From: an uncultured Methanolobus sp.
Lineage (GTDB): Archaea; Halobacteriota; Methanosarcinia; Methanosarcinales; Methanosarcinaceae
Direction of reading: 5' to 3'
NCBI GenBank assembly: GCA_963675495.1
Contig: OY776215.1
Span: 224,001 to 288,000, forward strand
Length of the DNA stretch: 64,000 nt
The notes under the pieces are model-generated. The model was given only the letters and a program-made list of their open reading frames with translations. It was not told the origin of the DNA and ran no database searches. A program made the translations under genes and the position numbers. Of the stretch, positions 39,528 through 50,420 are shown in pieces (positions within the stretch are counted from its first letter, which is position 1; every line of letters begins with the position of its first letter).

Positions 39528-40429
39528 AAATTGCTTTATTGTCAAGAAATCCTAAACTATACTCATCACGTCGATTAATTGAAGCAGCAAAAGAGAGGGG
39601 ACATGAAGTTCAAGTAGTCGATGTATTGAGAGCTTATATGAACATTACTTCTCACAAACCTTCCATTCACTATAAAGGTGAGGAACTTGAAGGGTTTGAT
39701 ATAGTAATTCCTCGTATCGGTGCATCCGTGACATTCTATGGTGCCGCTGTCCTGCGACAATTTGAAATGATGGGAGTTTTTCCCTTGAACGAATCTGTTG
39801 CAATTACTCGTTCCAGAGACAAACTTCGATCTTTACAATTACTCTCTCGTAAAGGTATAGGTCTACCTATCACTGGATATGCAAGTAAACCTGATGATAT
39901 TAAAGATGTGATCAAAATGGTCGGCGGTGCACCTCTTGTTGTTAAACTTCTTGAGGGTACACAAGGTATTGGTGTAGTACTGGCAGAAACGCAAAAAGCT
40001 GCAGAAAGTGTGATAGAAGGTTTCATGGGTGTAAAAGCCAACATTTTGGTTCAGGAATACATCAGAGAAGCAAACGGAGCAGATATTCGTTGTTTTGTAG
40101 TCGGTGGCAAAGTTGTTGCATCTATGAAAAGACAGGCTGCAAGTGGTGAATTCCGGTCGAACATACACAGAGGAGGTTCGGCAGAGGTCATTAGGATAAC
40201 ACCTGAAGAACGCTCAACTGCCATACGTGCTGCAAATATCATGGGACTCAATGTAGCAGGTGTTGATCTATTGCGCTCTAATCACGGACCTGTTGTAATG
40301 GAAGTAAATTCCAGTCCTGGCCTTGAAGGTATCGAAACTGCCACTGGAAAGGATATTGCCGGCATGATAATTGAGTACTGTGAGAAGGCAAATAAACCCG
40401 GCAAGACAGCCACGAGAGGAAAAGGCTAA
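39524..40429 (+). CDS. rimK: RimK ATP-grasp glutamate ligase (bacterial type)
   Basis: [62 protein letters not shown]. Confidence 0.95.
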   Translation: MKIALLSRNPKLYSSRRLIEAAKERGHEVQVVDVLRAYMNITSHKPSIHYKGEELEGFDIVIPRIGASVTFYGAAVLRQFEMMGVFPLNESVAITRSRDKLRSLQLLSRKGIGLPITGYASKPDDIKDVIKMVGGAPLVVKLLEGTQGIGVVLAETQKAAESVIEGFMGVKANILVQEYIREANGADIRCFVVGGKVVASMKRQAASGEFRSNIHRGGSAEVIRITPEERSTAIRAANIMGLNVAGVDLLRSNHGPVVMEVNSSPGLEGIETATGKDIAGMIIEYCEKANKPGKTATRGKG

Positions 40430-40432
40430 TAC

Positions 40433-41479
40433 ATGCGACAAGCTATTACGATTGCAGGCACAACCATCCAGCCTGGGACAAGGCAATCCATTGAATTGCC
40501 TATTCCAAGTTTTTATACTCATACCTCGGCATCAATGCCGTTGCATGTCATACATGGCCGCAGACCCGGACCTTGTCTGTTAATATGTGCTGCAATACAT
40601 GGGGATGAGATTAACGGTGTGGAAATAATACGCCGCATCCTTGCACATAGAACGATCAATAACATAAAAGGGACAATCATTGCTATTCCAATCGTAAATG
40701 TATTCGGTTTTGTTTCCCAGTCTCGTTATTTGCCAGATAGGCGTGATCTGAACCGATCATTCCCAGGTTCAAAACATGGGTCTATGGCATCCCGTCTGGC
40801 AAACATAATGATGAAGGAAATAGTTAGTCAGTGCACTCATGTTATCGATCTTCACACCGGGGCTGTTGCCCGGGAAAATCTGCCACAGATTCGTGCCTGT
40901 TTAGAACATCAGCCTGAAACCGAAGCTATAGCCCGTGCTTTTGGTGTGCCGGTCATACTCAATTCAGAAGTGCGTGATGGTTCGTTGCGTGAGGCAGCTC
41001 ATGAACATGATATACCGGTCATTTTGTATGAAGCAGGGGAAGCTCTCCGCTTCGATGAAGTTGCTATCAGGGCAGGTGTAAGGGGCATTCTTGGAGTTAT
41101 GTCCTATCTTGATATGCGACCAAAAAGTAAAACGAAAAAGAAGTTCAACACACTTATTTCCAGCTCGACCCAATGGGTCAGGGCTCCTGAAAGCGGGATA
41201 TTACGTTTAATTGTTCCTTTGGGAATGCTTGTCAAAAAAGGTGAGGTCCTGGCTTACATAAATGATCCGCTGGGTGAAATTGAAACAGAAGTATTAAGTC
41301 CGATATTTGGGATCGTTATTGGAAAAACGAACTTGCCCCTTGTGCATGAAGGTGAAGCTGTATTTCACATTGCTAAATATTCCAAGGCAGAAGAAGTATC
41401 CAACCATATAGAGACATATCAGGATGAACTGGATCCCGATACTGATGAAATTAGAAGCGAGCATATACCTCTGGTATAG
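40433..41479 (+). CDS. Succinylglutamate desuccinylase/aspartoacylase family (M14-like)
   Basis: AAIHGDEING, RDLNRSFPG, IDLHTG, YEAGE and a C-terminal biotinyl-like region. Confidence 0.9.
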   Translation: MRQAITIAGTTIQPGTRQSIELPIPSFYTHTSASMPLHVIHGRRPGPCLLICAAIHGDEINGVEIIRRILAHRTINNIKGTIIAIPIVNVFGFVSQSRYLPDRRDLNRSFPGSKHGSMASRLANIMMKEIVSQCTHVIDLHTGAVARENLPQIRACLEHQPETEAIARAFGVPVILNSEVRDGSLREAAHEHDIPVILYEAGEALRFDEVAIRAGVRGILGVMSYLDMRPKSKTKKKFNTLISSSTQWVRAPESGILRLIVPLGMLVKKGEVLAYINDPLGEIETEVLSPIFGIVIGKTNLPLVHEGEAVFHIAKYSKAEEVSNHIETYQDELDPDTDEIRSEHIPLV

Positions 41480-41538
41480 CTTTTTATATTTCAGTTTTCC
41501 ATTTTAAATCATATAAGGATCCCCTTATAACTTGTTTT

Positions 41539-44211
41539 TCAATTTTGTTTCGATTCTCTTTTTTCCTGACGTTTTTTATAAACCAATTTTTCTGCTTCTA
41601 TTACAAAGAACACTGTACTTGATACCAGTACTATGGTAATCCAGTCAGCAATTTCCAGAGGAGCAGTACGCAGTACACCATTCATCAAAGGACTGTAAGT
41701 GATGAAAAGTTGCAAAAGTATAACGAGTGATACTCCACCTAACATAATTCGATTTGAGAATAGACGTCCAATGACATTCTCATAAATGGACTTCGAGCTG
41801 AAAAGATAAAACACCTCAAAAAGAACAATGGTATTCAATACTATGGTCTGTCCTTTTGATACATCTATATTTTGACCATTCATCTCAAAGAAGAATAGCA
41901 GAAAACTTGCCGTTACCATCAAAAGTGCTACGGTGACTATCCTGCGCTTAATAATTGGAAGTAGGATGGGTTCATTCGGGGAACGAGGTTGCCTTTTTAG
42001 AAGGTTACTTTCTTTTGGTTCAAATACAATAGGAACGCCCAATCCTATGGCTGTAACAGTATTGATCCACAGTATATGGATTGGCAGAAGCGGAGGATTT
42101 GTGATCCCAAGCAAAACTGCTGCCATGATAGCAAGACCCTCTGCAGCATTGGTAGGTAGTGTCCAGAGAATGACCTTCTGTATCTTATCATAGACATCCC
42201 TGCCCTCCTCGATGGCATTAACGATGGATGCGAAATTATCATCTGCAAGTACCATATCGGAGGCTTCCTTGGCAACTTCCGTACCTGAGCTGCCCATTGC
42301 GACACCAATATCAGCTCTTTTGAGTGCCGGTGCGTCATTGATGCCATCTCCCGTTACTGCAACTACATTTCCCTGTTCCTGTAGTAAGCGTACAATACGG
42401 GATTTATCCTCAGGAGACGTGCGTGCGAAAACTGATATATCTTTTAGATTTTCCGATAGGTGTTCATCGGACATGCTGTCCAGATCTGAACCGGACAATG
42501 CTCCTTTAGTTGTTATCCCGAGCTGTCCGGCAATGCTATTAGCTGTAAGTACATGGTCGCCAGTTATCATAACTACCCTGATACCGGCGTTGTTGCACTT
42601 TCGTATAGCTTCTTTCACCTCGTCCCTGGGAGGGTCCATCATGCCTTGTAACCCAAGGAATGTAAGGTCATTGACATCTTCAACATATAGCTCTTTTTTA
42701 TTTTTGTCCACGTGTTTGTATGCCATTGCGATAACACGTAAACCACTTGATGCCATGTTGGAAGCTGCTTCAAGTATTTTTCCGGACTTGATCTCAGTTT
42801 CCTTCTCTCCGTCATATTGTGAATGGCACATATTGATTATTTTCTCTGGAGAACCTTTTACATATACAATATTTGAACCATTGTTTTCCTCATGAAGAGT
42901 AGCCATGAATCTTTTCTCAGACTCAAAGGGGAGAGAATCCAATCTGGGAAGATGAAAAACGGATACTTTCATTGCTGAGACGAGCAGAGCGCCTTCGGTG
43001 GGGTCTCCCTGAATGCCACCTTCGTCTTTGATATAAGCATCATTGCACAAAGCTCCTGCTTTTAGAGTGTCCAGAAGAGATGAGTACTTCTGAGCATCAA
43101 TCTTTCTGTTGTTCTGAAAGAACTCACCTTCGATGGAATAACCATCCCCGGTGACAGCAAACAGACCATCGTTAGTGTAAATTGATGTCACGGTCATCTG
43201 ATTCATAGTAAGCGTTCCCGTTTTATCTGAACAGATGACCGTTGCCGAGCCAAGAGTTTCAACAGAAGGCAGATTCCTTATAATGGAATTCTTGGATGCC
43301 ATTGATTTGACACCTATTGCAAGTGATATTGTGATAAGGGCTGGCAATCCTTCGGGTATCGCAGCAACCGCCATGCTCACAGTTGCCAGGAATATCTCCA
43401 GATTCTCAAAACCCTGCAACCTGCCTATTATGTACGTTAAAATGGAAACAAATATGATTACTATGAAGAGTTTTTTCCCAAGGCGGTTTACAGTACGTGT
43501 GAGAGGTGTTGAGATGGTCTCAGATTCTCTTATGAGTTCCGATATTTTTCCTATCTCGGTCCGCGCACCAGTTGACACGACTACTCCCATACCAACACCC
43601 TGTGTGATGAGTGTAGCTGAGAACGCCATGTTCTTCTGATCACCAAGGGCTATGTCCTCGCCTGCAATATGTGTGGTGTTCTTTTCAGCAGCCAGAGATT
43701 CACCGGTAAGTGCTGATTCATCTATGCGCAGATTTTTTGTCTGGAACAATCGCAAGTCTGCAGGTACCCTGGAGCCAGCTTCAAGAAGCACCACATCACC
43801 GACGACTAATTCCCTGCTGGGAATTAATTTGCGTAGCCCTTCTCTTATCACAATGGCTTCGGATTGCATCATTTTTGCCAGTGATTCAAGAGCGTTTTCT
43901 GCTTTACTTTCCTGAATGAAACCGATGATGGCATTTGCAAAAATGACGCCTGTTATCACAATAGAATCTGCATATTCATCCAGGATAAAGGTTATTATGG
44001 CTGCAGCGATCAGTACATAAATAAGAGGATTAGCAAACTGTTTTAAGAATTTATAGACAGGTCCGTGCCTTCTCTTTGTTTCAACTTCATTGTACCCATG
44101 TTTTGACAGACGTAATGAAACTTCATCATTGCGGAGTCCTTCTTTATTTGTTTCCAGAAGACTGAAAGTTTCATCACCAGTGGCGCGATACCAGCTAACA
44201 TCCCCATCCAT
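41539..44211 (-). CDS. Cation-transporting P-type ATPase (type IIA-like)
   Basis: DESALTGES, PEGL, DKTGTLT, KGSPE, DPPR, MITGD, TGDGINDAPAL. Confidence 0.95.
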   Translation of the reverse strand: MDGDVSWYRATGDETFSLLETNKEGLRNDEVSLRLSKHGYNEVETKRRHGPVYKFLKQFANPLIYVLIAAAIITFILDEYADSIVITGVIFANAIIGFIQESKAENALESLAKMMQSEAIVIREGLRKLIPSRELVVGDVVLLEAGSRVPADLRLFQTKNLRIDESALTGESLAAEKNTTHIAGEDIALGDQKNMAFSATLITQGVGMGVVVSTGARTEIGKISELIRESETISTPLTRTVNRLGKKLFIVIIFVSILTYIIGRLQGFENLEIFLATVSMAVAAIPEGLPALITISLAIGVKSMASKNSIIRNLPSVETLGSATVICSDKTGTLTMNQMTVTSIYTNDGLFAVTGDGYSIEGEFFQNNRKIDAQKYSSLLDTLKAGALCNDAYIKDEGGIQGDPTEGALLVSAMKVSVFHLPRLDSLPFESEKRFMATLHEENNGSNIVYVKGSPEKIINMCHSQYDGEKETEIKSGKILEAASNMASSGLRVIAMAYKHVDKNKKELYVEDVNDLTFLGLQGMMDPPRDEVKEAIRKCNNAGIRVVMITGDHVLTANSIAGQLGITTKGALSGSDLDSMSDEHLSENLKDISVFARTSPEDKSRIVRLLQEQGNVVAVTGDGINDAPALKRADIGVAMGSSGTEVAKEASDMVLADDNFASIVNAIEEGRDVYDKIQKVILWTLPTNAAEGLAIMAAVLLGITNPPLLPIHILWINTVTAIGLGVPIVFEPKESNLLKRQPRSPNEPILLPIIKRRIVTVALLMVTASFLLFFFEMNGQNIDVSKGQTIVLNTIVLFEVFYLFSSKSIYENVIGRLFSNRIMLGGVSLVILLQLFITYSPLMNGVLRTAPLEIADWITIVLVSSTVFFVIEAEKLVYKKRQEKRESKQN

Positions 44212-44390
44212 AAAAGCAGATACACTTTCATGGATTAAATTGTTTTGTAAGATGGAATGAACTGTAAAAAAATGATATTATACAATTTTGCTATTGCTAC
44301 TGATAATTTATTTTTTAGCAGATAAATTATAATAACAATATTATGATATTAATATTATAAACAGACTACACGGAGGCTTTATATGAAAAA

Positions 44391-44588
44391 ATGCTTGCAA
44401 TTGTATTAGTAATTATGTTCACCGTTGTTGCATTATCTGGTAATGTCATGGCAAATGCAATGGGTGATGAAAACTACAACGATCACAGTGCAGATGAGAC
44501 ACAACCAGGTAAATGCGACATCGGACCTGGTGCACCAGCTGAAGACATCGATCCTGCTGAAGATCGAACGAGAAATAAAGAGAGCTGA
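44391..44588 (+). CDS. Small secreted acidic protein
   Basis: Hydrophobic signal peptide ending AxA and an acidic tail. GGAGG RBS at 44372; an upstream ATG at 44383 is one A out of frame. Confidence 0.5.
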   Translation: MLAIVLVIMFTVVALSGNVMANAMGDENYNDHSADETQPGKCDIGPGAPAEDIDPAEDRTRNKES

Positions 44589-44762
44589 TATTTTTGGTTT
44601 TTTTTAATTTTGGCATGTCGAATTAATTAGGAAGTTCACAGACCAAATAAACATTTTTTCAAATTTATTACAATCCAAGTTGCATTCTGAAGACTTTAAC
44701 GACTTCAAATTTTTCTTTTTTATGCCAAAAACTAAAATAGATTGCAGACTGTCTTTTATTAC

Positions 44763-46202
44763 ATGAGTTCAATTCACGATGATCTAATCAAGTCGCTTAA
44801 CTCCAAACAGGAAGCATATGTGGATCTGGAATTAGCAAACCCGTCAAACGGGGAATATTTGCTTAGTGTATTTCACATGGTCCCGGGGGGAAAATTCAAC
44901 GTTCTTCAGGCTGCTGCAGAGGTAGCTGCTGAATCTTCCACAGGTACTAATTTTAAAGTTACTACAGAAACTCCTTTTTCCAGGACGATGAACGCGCTGG
45001 TCTATCAGCTCGATCTGGAAAGGGAGCTTATATGGATAGCTTATCCCTGGAGGCTTTTTGACAGGGGAGGCAATGTCCAGAACATTCTGACATATATTGT
45101 GGGTAATATTCTTGGAATGAAAGAAGTAGCAGCTTTGAAACTGCTCGATGTCTGGTTCCCTCCTTCAATGCTTGAGCAGTATGACGGGCCAAGTTATACT
45201 GTGGATGATATGAGGAAGTACCTGAACGTCTATGACAGGCCAATTCTTGGAACCATAGTAAAACCAAAGATGGGACTTACTTCAGCAGAGTATGCTGAGG
45301 TATGTTATGATTTCTGGGCAGGTGGCGGGGATTTCGTCAAGAATGATGAGCCACAGGCAAATCAGGATTTCTGCCCGTATGATAAGATGGTGAAGCATGT
45401 AAAAGAGGCCATGGATAAAGCTGTGAAGGAAACAGGCCACAAAAAAGTACACTCTTTCAATGTTTCAGCCGCCGATCTTGATACCATGATAGAGCGATGT
45501 GAAATGATAGTAGGGGCAGGATTTGAGCCGGGAAGCTATGCTTTTCTCATTGACGGAATAACTGCTGGCTGGATGGCTGTGCAGACACTCAGGCGAAGAT
45601 ATCCTGATGTGTTCATTCATTTCCACAGGGCAGCCCACGGAGCTTATACGAGGCCGGAGAACCCATTGGGATTCTCAGTACTTGTACTGTCCAAGTTTGC
45701 CAGGCTTGCCGGTGCTTCAGGAATCCATACGGGTACTGCAGGTGTTGGTAAAATGCAAGGAACGCCTGAGGATGATGTTGTTGCTGCACACGGCATTCAG
45801 TACATGAGCTCCATGGGTCACTTCTTCGACCAAAGCTGGTCAAAGATACCTGAGACCGACAAAGATGCGATAGGTCTTGTGAATGAAGATATGGCACACC
45901 ATGTTATTCTTGAGGACGACAGCTGGAGAGGTATGAAAAAATGCTGTCCTATTGTTTCCGGTGGTCTAAACCCTGTCAGGCTTAAACCTTTCATCGATGC
46001 TATGGAGAATGTTGATTTCATAACAACGATGGGTTCCGGTGTCCACGCTCATCCAGGTGGAACCCAGGATGGTGCCAGGGCTCTGGTTCAGGCATGTGAT
46101 GCCTATCTTAAGAATATTGATATTGCAGATTATGCAAAAGACCATGCAGAGCTTGCACAAGCTATTGACTTTTTCACAAAAGCATCGAAAGATGCCATGT
46201 GA
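44763..46202 (+). CDS. rbcL: Ribulose-1,5-bisphosphate carboxylase, form II/III
   Basis: AAESSTGT, GTIVKPKMGL, GGDFVKNDE, HFHRAAHG, GKM, SGG, and an insertion before KKCCPIVSGG. Start taken as the ATG at 44763. Confidence 0.93.
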   Translation: MSSIHDDLIKSLNSKQEAYVDLELANPSNGEYLLSVFHMVPGGKFNVLQAAAEVAAESSTGTNFKVTTETPFSRTMNALVYQLDLERELIWIAYPWRLFDRGGNVQNILTYIVGNILGMKEVAALKLLDVWFPPSMLEQYDGPSYTVDDMRKYLNVYDRPILGTIVKPKMGLTSAEYAEVCYDFWAGGGDFVKNDEPQANQDFCPYDKMVKHVKEAMDKAVKETGHKKVHSFNVSAADLDTMIERCEMIVGAGFEPGSYAFLIDGITAGWMAVQTLRRRYPDVFIHFHRAAHGAYTRPENPLGFSVLVLSKFARLAGASGIHTGTAGVGKMQGTPEDDVVAAHGIQYMSSMGHFFDQSWSKIPETDKDAIGLVNEDMAHHVILEDDSWRGMKKCCPIVSGGLNPVRLKPFIDAMENVDFITTMGSGVHAHPGGTQDGARALVQACDAYLKNIDIADYAKDHAELAQAIDFFTKASKDAM

Positions 46203-46239
46203 TTCTTTTGAAGTTAAATTAAAATAATAACTCAAAAGG

Positions 46240-47019
46240 ATGATCGGGATGAAACTAAGGGATCTTGTGGACTGGAATATTTACTGGCTTCTTTTTATGC
46301 TGGGTGAATTTTCCTTGTTTGCAGCCCTTCCATATTCTATCTCGATGTCAGGTGATGCAATATATGATCTGGCAGTATCACTGCCTAATATTCTTGCTGC
46401 TCAATTTGCCCGATCGACTGTCTTCTTTATATTCTCTATCTTCATAGGCTTGTATCTTGGTAAAAAGATAGGCCTGGAAACACCATTGCTCACTTCGATA
46501 TTTGAAGGCAAAGGCTTGCCTGAAGGTTTTGCATCCACAGTAAAATTATCAATTTTTCTTGGTATCCTTGCATCGATCATTATTTTTATCCTGGACCGTT
46601 TCGTTCTTTCAATGTTTGGTGAACCTCTGCTGGTCCTTTTGACAACCCCGCCTTTATGGCAGCGTTTGCTGTACACGTTCTATGCAGGGATGGTTGAAGA
46701 GCTCGTGCTGAGGTTTTTCCTTCTGACACTACTTATGTGGATATCATGGAAAATTAAAAAGACATCTGATGGTCTTCCAACTAATATGGGTGCCTGGATA
46801 GCAATACTTCTAGTCAGTTTTATTTATGGTCTGGGTTATCTAACCAAATCGCCTTCTGCGGACATAGACCACTTTCTGAATCTTCGCATTGTTATATTAA
46901 ATGCAATTGCCGGAATCTCATTTGGTTGGTTATACTGGAAAAAAGGAATTGAAGCAGCAATTATTGCAAACCTCACTGCTACTTTTATGATATTAGTAGT
47001 CCTTGGTTCATTGTTCTGA
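46240..47019 (+). CDS. CPBP (Abi/CAAX) intramembrane protease family protein, motif partly degenerate
   Basis: Multiple TM segments, EELVLR, GWLYWKKGIEAAIIAN. The conserved His residues appear replaced. Confidence 0.75.
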   Translation: MIGMKLRDLVDWNIYWLLFMLGEFSLFAALPYSISMSGDAIYDLAVSLPNILAAQFARSTVFFIFSIFIGLYLGKKIGLETPLLTSIFEGKGLPEGFASTVKLSIFLGILASIIIFILDRFVLSMFGEPLLVLLTTPPLWQRLLYTFYAGMVEELVLRFFLLTLLMWISWKIKKTSDGLPTNMGAWIAILLVSFIYGLGYLTKSPSADIDHFLNLRIVILNAIAGISFGWLYWKKGIEAAIIANLTATFMILVVLGSLF

Positions 47020-47108
47020 TTTGTTGCGGATTTCAAATATGCTTTTCATGTATGGACTGTTCTTCATTTTTGGAAATTGTGCTTAAAAGACATTATGAAA
47101 AAGTTTAA

Positions 47109-47909
47109 TTAAGAAGTGTTGTTTATCTCTTTTTTTATCGAAAGATAACACTTCTCAAATAATTCCTGATTACCACTTATCTCAAATGTACTGTATCCAA
47201 AAATATCTGCAAAGTCTTTGATCTTTTCATCGATGTCTTTTACATAGGTAAGGCCAGTGTTGACCTTTGCAACTCTTGAGTATCCTGCATTGTCATTCAC
47301 CATTTTTGCCATTTTTAGTGCACGTTCTGGATTTGAATGTAATTTTTTCAGGTTCAGGACCTCTTTCCATGAGCTGGCATACATAGGTGTAAAAAAGAAA
47401 GCAGGTTCTTTGCTATGAGTTTTCAGTAATTTCAGGTAGTTAGCACCACCTCCTACTGTTGCTCCGATACAATCGTCTACAATTCGTTCATCATCCCTGA
47501 GTATTCGTACCGTACAACCATCTTTTTCCAGGCAGAAATCTTCTTCCACATTGCCCAGAACGTTACCACAAAGTCCATAAAAAATAAGTATGCCATTGGA
47601 GAATGATATCATTTCCCGTATACTTTGATAGACACGGGATTTCAGCTCTTTTGGTACAGCATGAAGTCCGAGTTCCATGATGTTCACAACAACAGTTAAT
47701 TTGTTCTTGTCGATCTTTTTAAGAGCATGAGGTATTTTTTCAAATGGAATGATTTTATGAGTTATATTTAATTCACCAAGTTTTTCAGTAAATTCAGAAA
47801 TGTTCCCATTTGCTGCAATTATAACATTTTCAACTTGAGAATCATTATCCAAAAGCCAGACAAGTTCATCCTGAAGTATTTTACAAGCCAGTATACTTAA
47901 AACGGTCAT
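47109..47909 (-). CDS. DUF1638 domain protein
   Basis: LSILACKILQDE, LGLHAVPKEL, FYGLCGN, VDDCIG. Confidence 0.8.
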   Translation of the reverse strand: MTVLSILACKILQDELVWLLDNDSQVENVIIAANGNISEFTEKLGELNITHKIIPFEKIPHALKKIDKNKLTVVVNIMELGLHAVPKELKSRVYQSIREMISFSNGILIFYGLCGNVLGNVEEDFCLEKDGCTVRILRDDERIVDDCIGATVGGGANYLKLLKTHSKEPAFFFTPMYASSWKEVLNLKKLHSNPERALKMAKMVNDNAGYSRVAKVNTGLTYVKDIDEKIKDFADIFGYSTFEISGNQELFEKCYLSIKKEINNTS

Positions 47910-48377
47910 TTTTCCTCTGAATTATACATATAATTTAAGAGTACTTGAATATTTTCTTAAAGGTTAGGATAGTACATAAATTCTATTCGAAGTCTGGATA
48001 AGTAAACCTATTTGACCTGCATTTGTAGCAGGCTAATATGGTTCTTTTAAAGACAATAACCCCGTTTCTTAAAGAAACAAATTTCCCCACTGCTCATACT
48101 TTAAATAATTGTGATGACTGAAACATGAACGTAACAAACCTAGTGTGTGGAGTAATGTGGATAGGTTTGTTAACGTTCGTATATCTTTGTTCGTTTTTAG
48201 CTTCAGTTACTTTTAATCAAGTCCATATCGTACCACCGAAAGGCTATACAGTCAGTCTGAGTCTTCAACCTTTGTGACTGCAATTCCTACTATATTTTCC
48301 AACTATATAAATATATCTATACTTGTATATATTGTTAGTATGATAATGATGAGGTATGTCCAATAACCTTAATTATT

Positions 48378-49178
48378 TCAGCGATTTGCCAGAACAGAAT
48401 CCATATACTCCATCAAGTGAGTGTGGAGTTTATCTATCTCGTCATTCTGTGGCAGTATGGCTATCAGTTTATTAATGTAGCCTCTTTCCCTGACAAGTCT
48501 GACAGTTTCTACGAAATTCAGGTCAAATAACCATGCAAGACGTGTGAGATTCATATCATTACATGTTTTGACATTCCTGATGCTTGAAACCCTATCATTG
48601 AATATATCTTCCAGTAGGTCACGATTATATTCAGGAGTATCCGGGAATCCAAGGTAAAGTGCGGGATTTGGAGATGTGTCTCTTATAGCATAGTAATCTG
48701 TCAGAACCTTGTAGATATCCAGCTTGTCTGCATCCCTGATGAGTTTAGAATGAAAAAGGGTTCGCATATCAAGATTTTCGGGTAAAATATGCACATTATG
48801 ATTTTTGATGGCCGTAAAGATAATTTCCTGTTCTTCGTGAGGCAGTCCTAAAAGGACTCCTTCTGTTTTTAATATTTTCACTCCTAAAAGAGCATGGTTT
48901 TCAGATTCAGAATCATTGAAGGTTCTGTATTTGCTAATCTGCTCAAAACGGCCTATATCGTGAAGAAGACCAATAACCTTTGCAAGACAATAGTCCTCAT
49001 CATTCAGGTTTTCAGATATTGCGATCAGAGACGCATTTTCACACACCCTGATACTATGGTCTTTTTTGAGCTTTATGTTTTTTTGAATAAAGCTATCATC
49101 TAAGTGGAAAGACCCGACATAGCGGAAAAACCATTCTTTGAATTTAAGAAAATCTTCTTCTTTCATTAGCAGGCACAA
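48378..49178 (-). CDS. HD-domain phosphohydrolase
   Basis: HSIRV, LLHDIGRF, NHA, IKNHN, IRDADKLD. Confidence 0.9.
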   Translation of the reverse strand: MCLLMKEEDFLKFKEWFFRYVGSFHLDDSFIQKNIKLKKDHSIRVCENASLIAISENLNDEDYCLAKVIGLLHDIGRFEQISKYRTFNDSESENHALLGVKILKTEGVLLGLPHEEQEIIFTAIKNHNVHILPENLDMRTLFHSKLIRDADKLDIYKVLTDYYAIRDTSPNPALYLGFPDTPEYNRDLLEDIFNDRVSSIRNVKTCNDMNLTRLAWLFDLNFVETVRLVRERGYINKLIAILPQNDEIDKLHTHLMEYMDSVLANR

Positions 49179-49203
49179 ATAAATTTAAGACCCGATTGTC
49201 AAT

Positions 49204-49629
49204 TTATGCTTCTACAATTTTTATCTTGAAGGTCAATGCTTTGCCTGCAAGTGGGTGGTTCAGGTCAAAAGTAACTTCTTCATCTGTTAGGTCAATTATT
49301 TTTGCAGGCATCTGTTGTCCATTTGGAGTTTGTACAAGGAATATTTTTCCAATTTCCATATCCATACTTGTCTGAACAACATCCCTGGACACAGTATCAA
49401 TAAGTGCATCGGTATACTCACCATATGCTTCTGCAGGTTCAAGTCTGAACTCTTTTTCCTCACCCACTTCCATATCCCTTACAGCATCATCGAAGCCTTT
49501 TATGACTTTCCCGGAACCTACTGTAAACTCTAACGGTTGTCCGTGATTTTCCGATGAATCAAAAATGAAACCATCATCGAGTGTGCCTGTATAATCTATC
49601 TTTACTACATCTCCATCTTTTATTGCCAA
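49204..49629 (-). CDS. slyD: FKBP-type peptidyl-prolyl isomerase (SlyD-like)
   Basis: DYTGTLDDG.IFDSS, VIKGFD, PAEAYGE, DLNHPLAGKALTF. Confidence 0.9.
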   Translation of the reverse strand: MAIKDGDVVKIDYTGTLDDGFIFDSSENHGQPLEFTVGSGKVIKGFDDAVRDMEVGEEKEFRLEPAEAYGEYTDALIDTVSRDVVQTSMDMEIGKIFLVQTPNGQQMPAKIIDLTDEEVTFDLNHPLAGKALTFKIKIVEA

Positions 49630-49726
49630 TTTATCAACTCGCTTTGTGCATTCGAGGTAGCCTACTTTACTTAGTTATTTTGGTGATACTATTACTTAAT
49701 CACCCACCCTGCCTTCCTGCTAGTTC

Positions 49727-50209
49727 TCAATTTTGTCCTTTAGTAAAAAGCATTTTGTCGCCGTTCTCATCCAGATAGAGTGCAAGCTGATCATTCTCTA
49801 TTGCTATTGATTTCACATTACCCAGGAAAGCCAGGTATTTGTTATCAAATGATTCATCACCACAATAAGCTAATGTCATTGGACCGGGATTTATTGTTAT
49901 TTTATCTTCTTCCACTGTATAGATTCCACTGCCACTGTTGCAGTCTGCTTTTATTGAATATGTACCATCTTCCGAGAAAGTAATTGTATACTTTTCCGAA
50001 TCAGGAACTAATGTCTTAATGTCAGGTTCTGTTTCAACAGTTTCCGACCATTGCCATTCGATACCAATAATGTCGTTAAGGACTATAGCCTTAGATTCAA
50101 TTTCGTCTATTTCTTCCTTTGTAGTTTCAGCACATCCGGACACTAAAAAGCTGCCTGCAATTAAACTGAGGACAAGAAGGAAATATAGTGATTTTTGTTT
50201 ATGTTCCAT
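49727..50209 (-). CDS. META/HslJ-domain lipoprotein
   Basis: Lipobox VSGC, ADCNSGSG, MTLAYC. Confidence 0.85.
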   Translation of the reverse strand: MEHKQKSLYFLLVLSLIAGSFLVSGCAETTKEEIDEIESKAIVLNDIIGIEWQWSETVETEPDIKTLVPDSEKYTITFSEDGTYSIKADCNSGSGIYTVEEDKITINPGPMTLAYCGDESFDNKYLAFLGNVKSIAIENDQLALYLDENGDKMLFTKGQN

Positions 50210-50420
50210 AATTTTTATCTCCTAAAACAAAGTATGCTTTCCCATTATTTATGTGCACCTTAAACTTCAAATTAATTTGAAGTCTTTTGATACGGTATTT
50301 ATTGTGAGATACCTTAAGTACTGTAAGATTTCGCAGAAAATTTTTACATATTGATACAAAGATTATAATATCACCCGCATCATTGAAGTCAAGAATACAT
50401 ATTAAAGGGATGAATGAACG

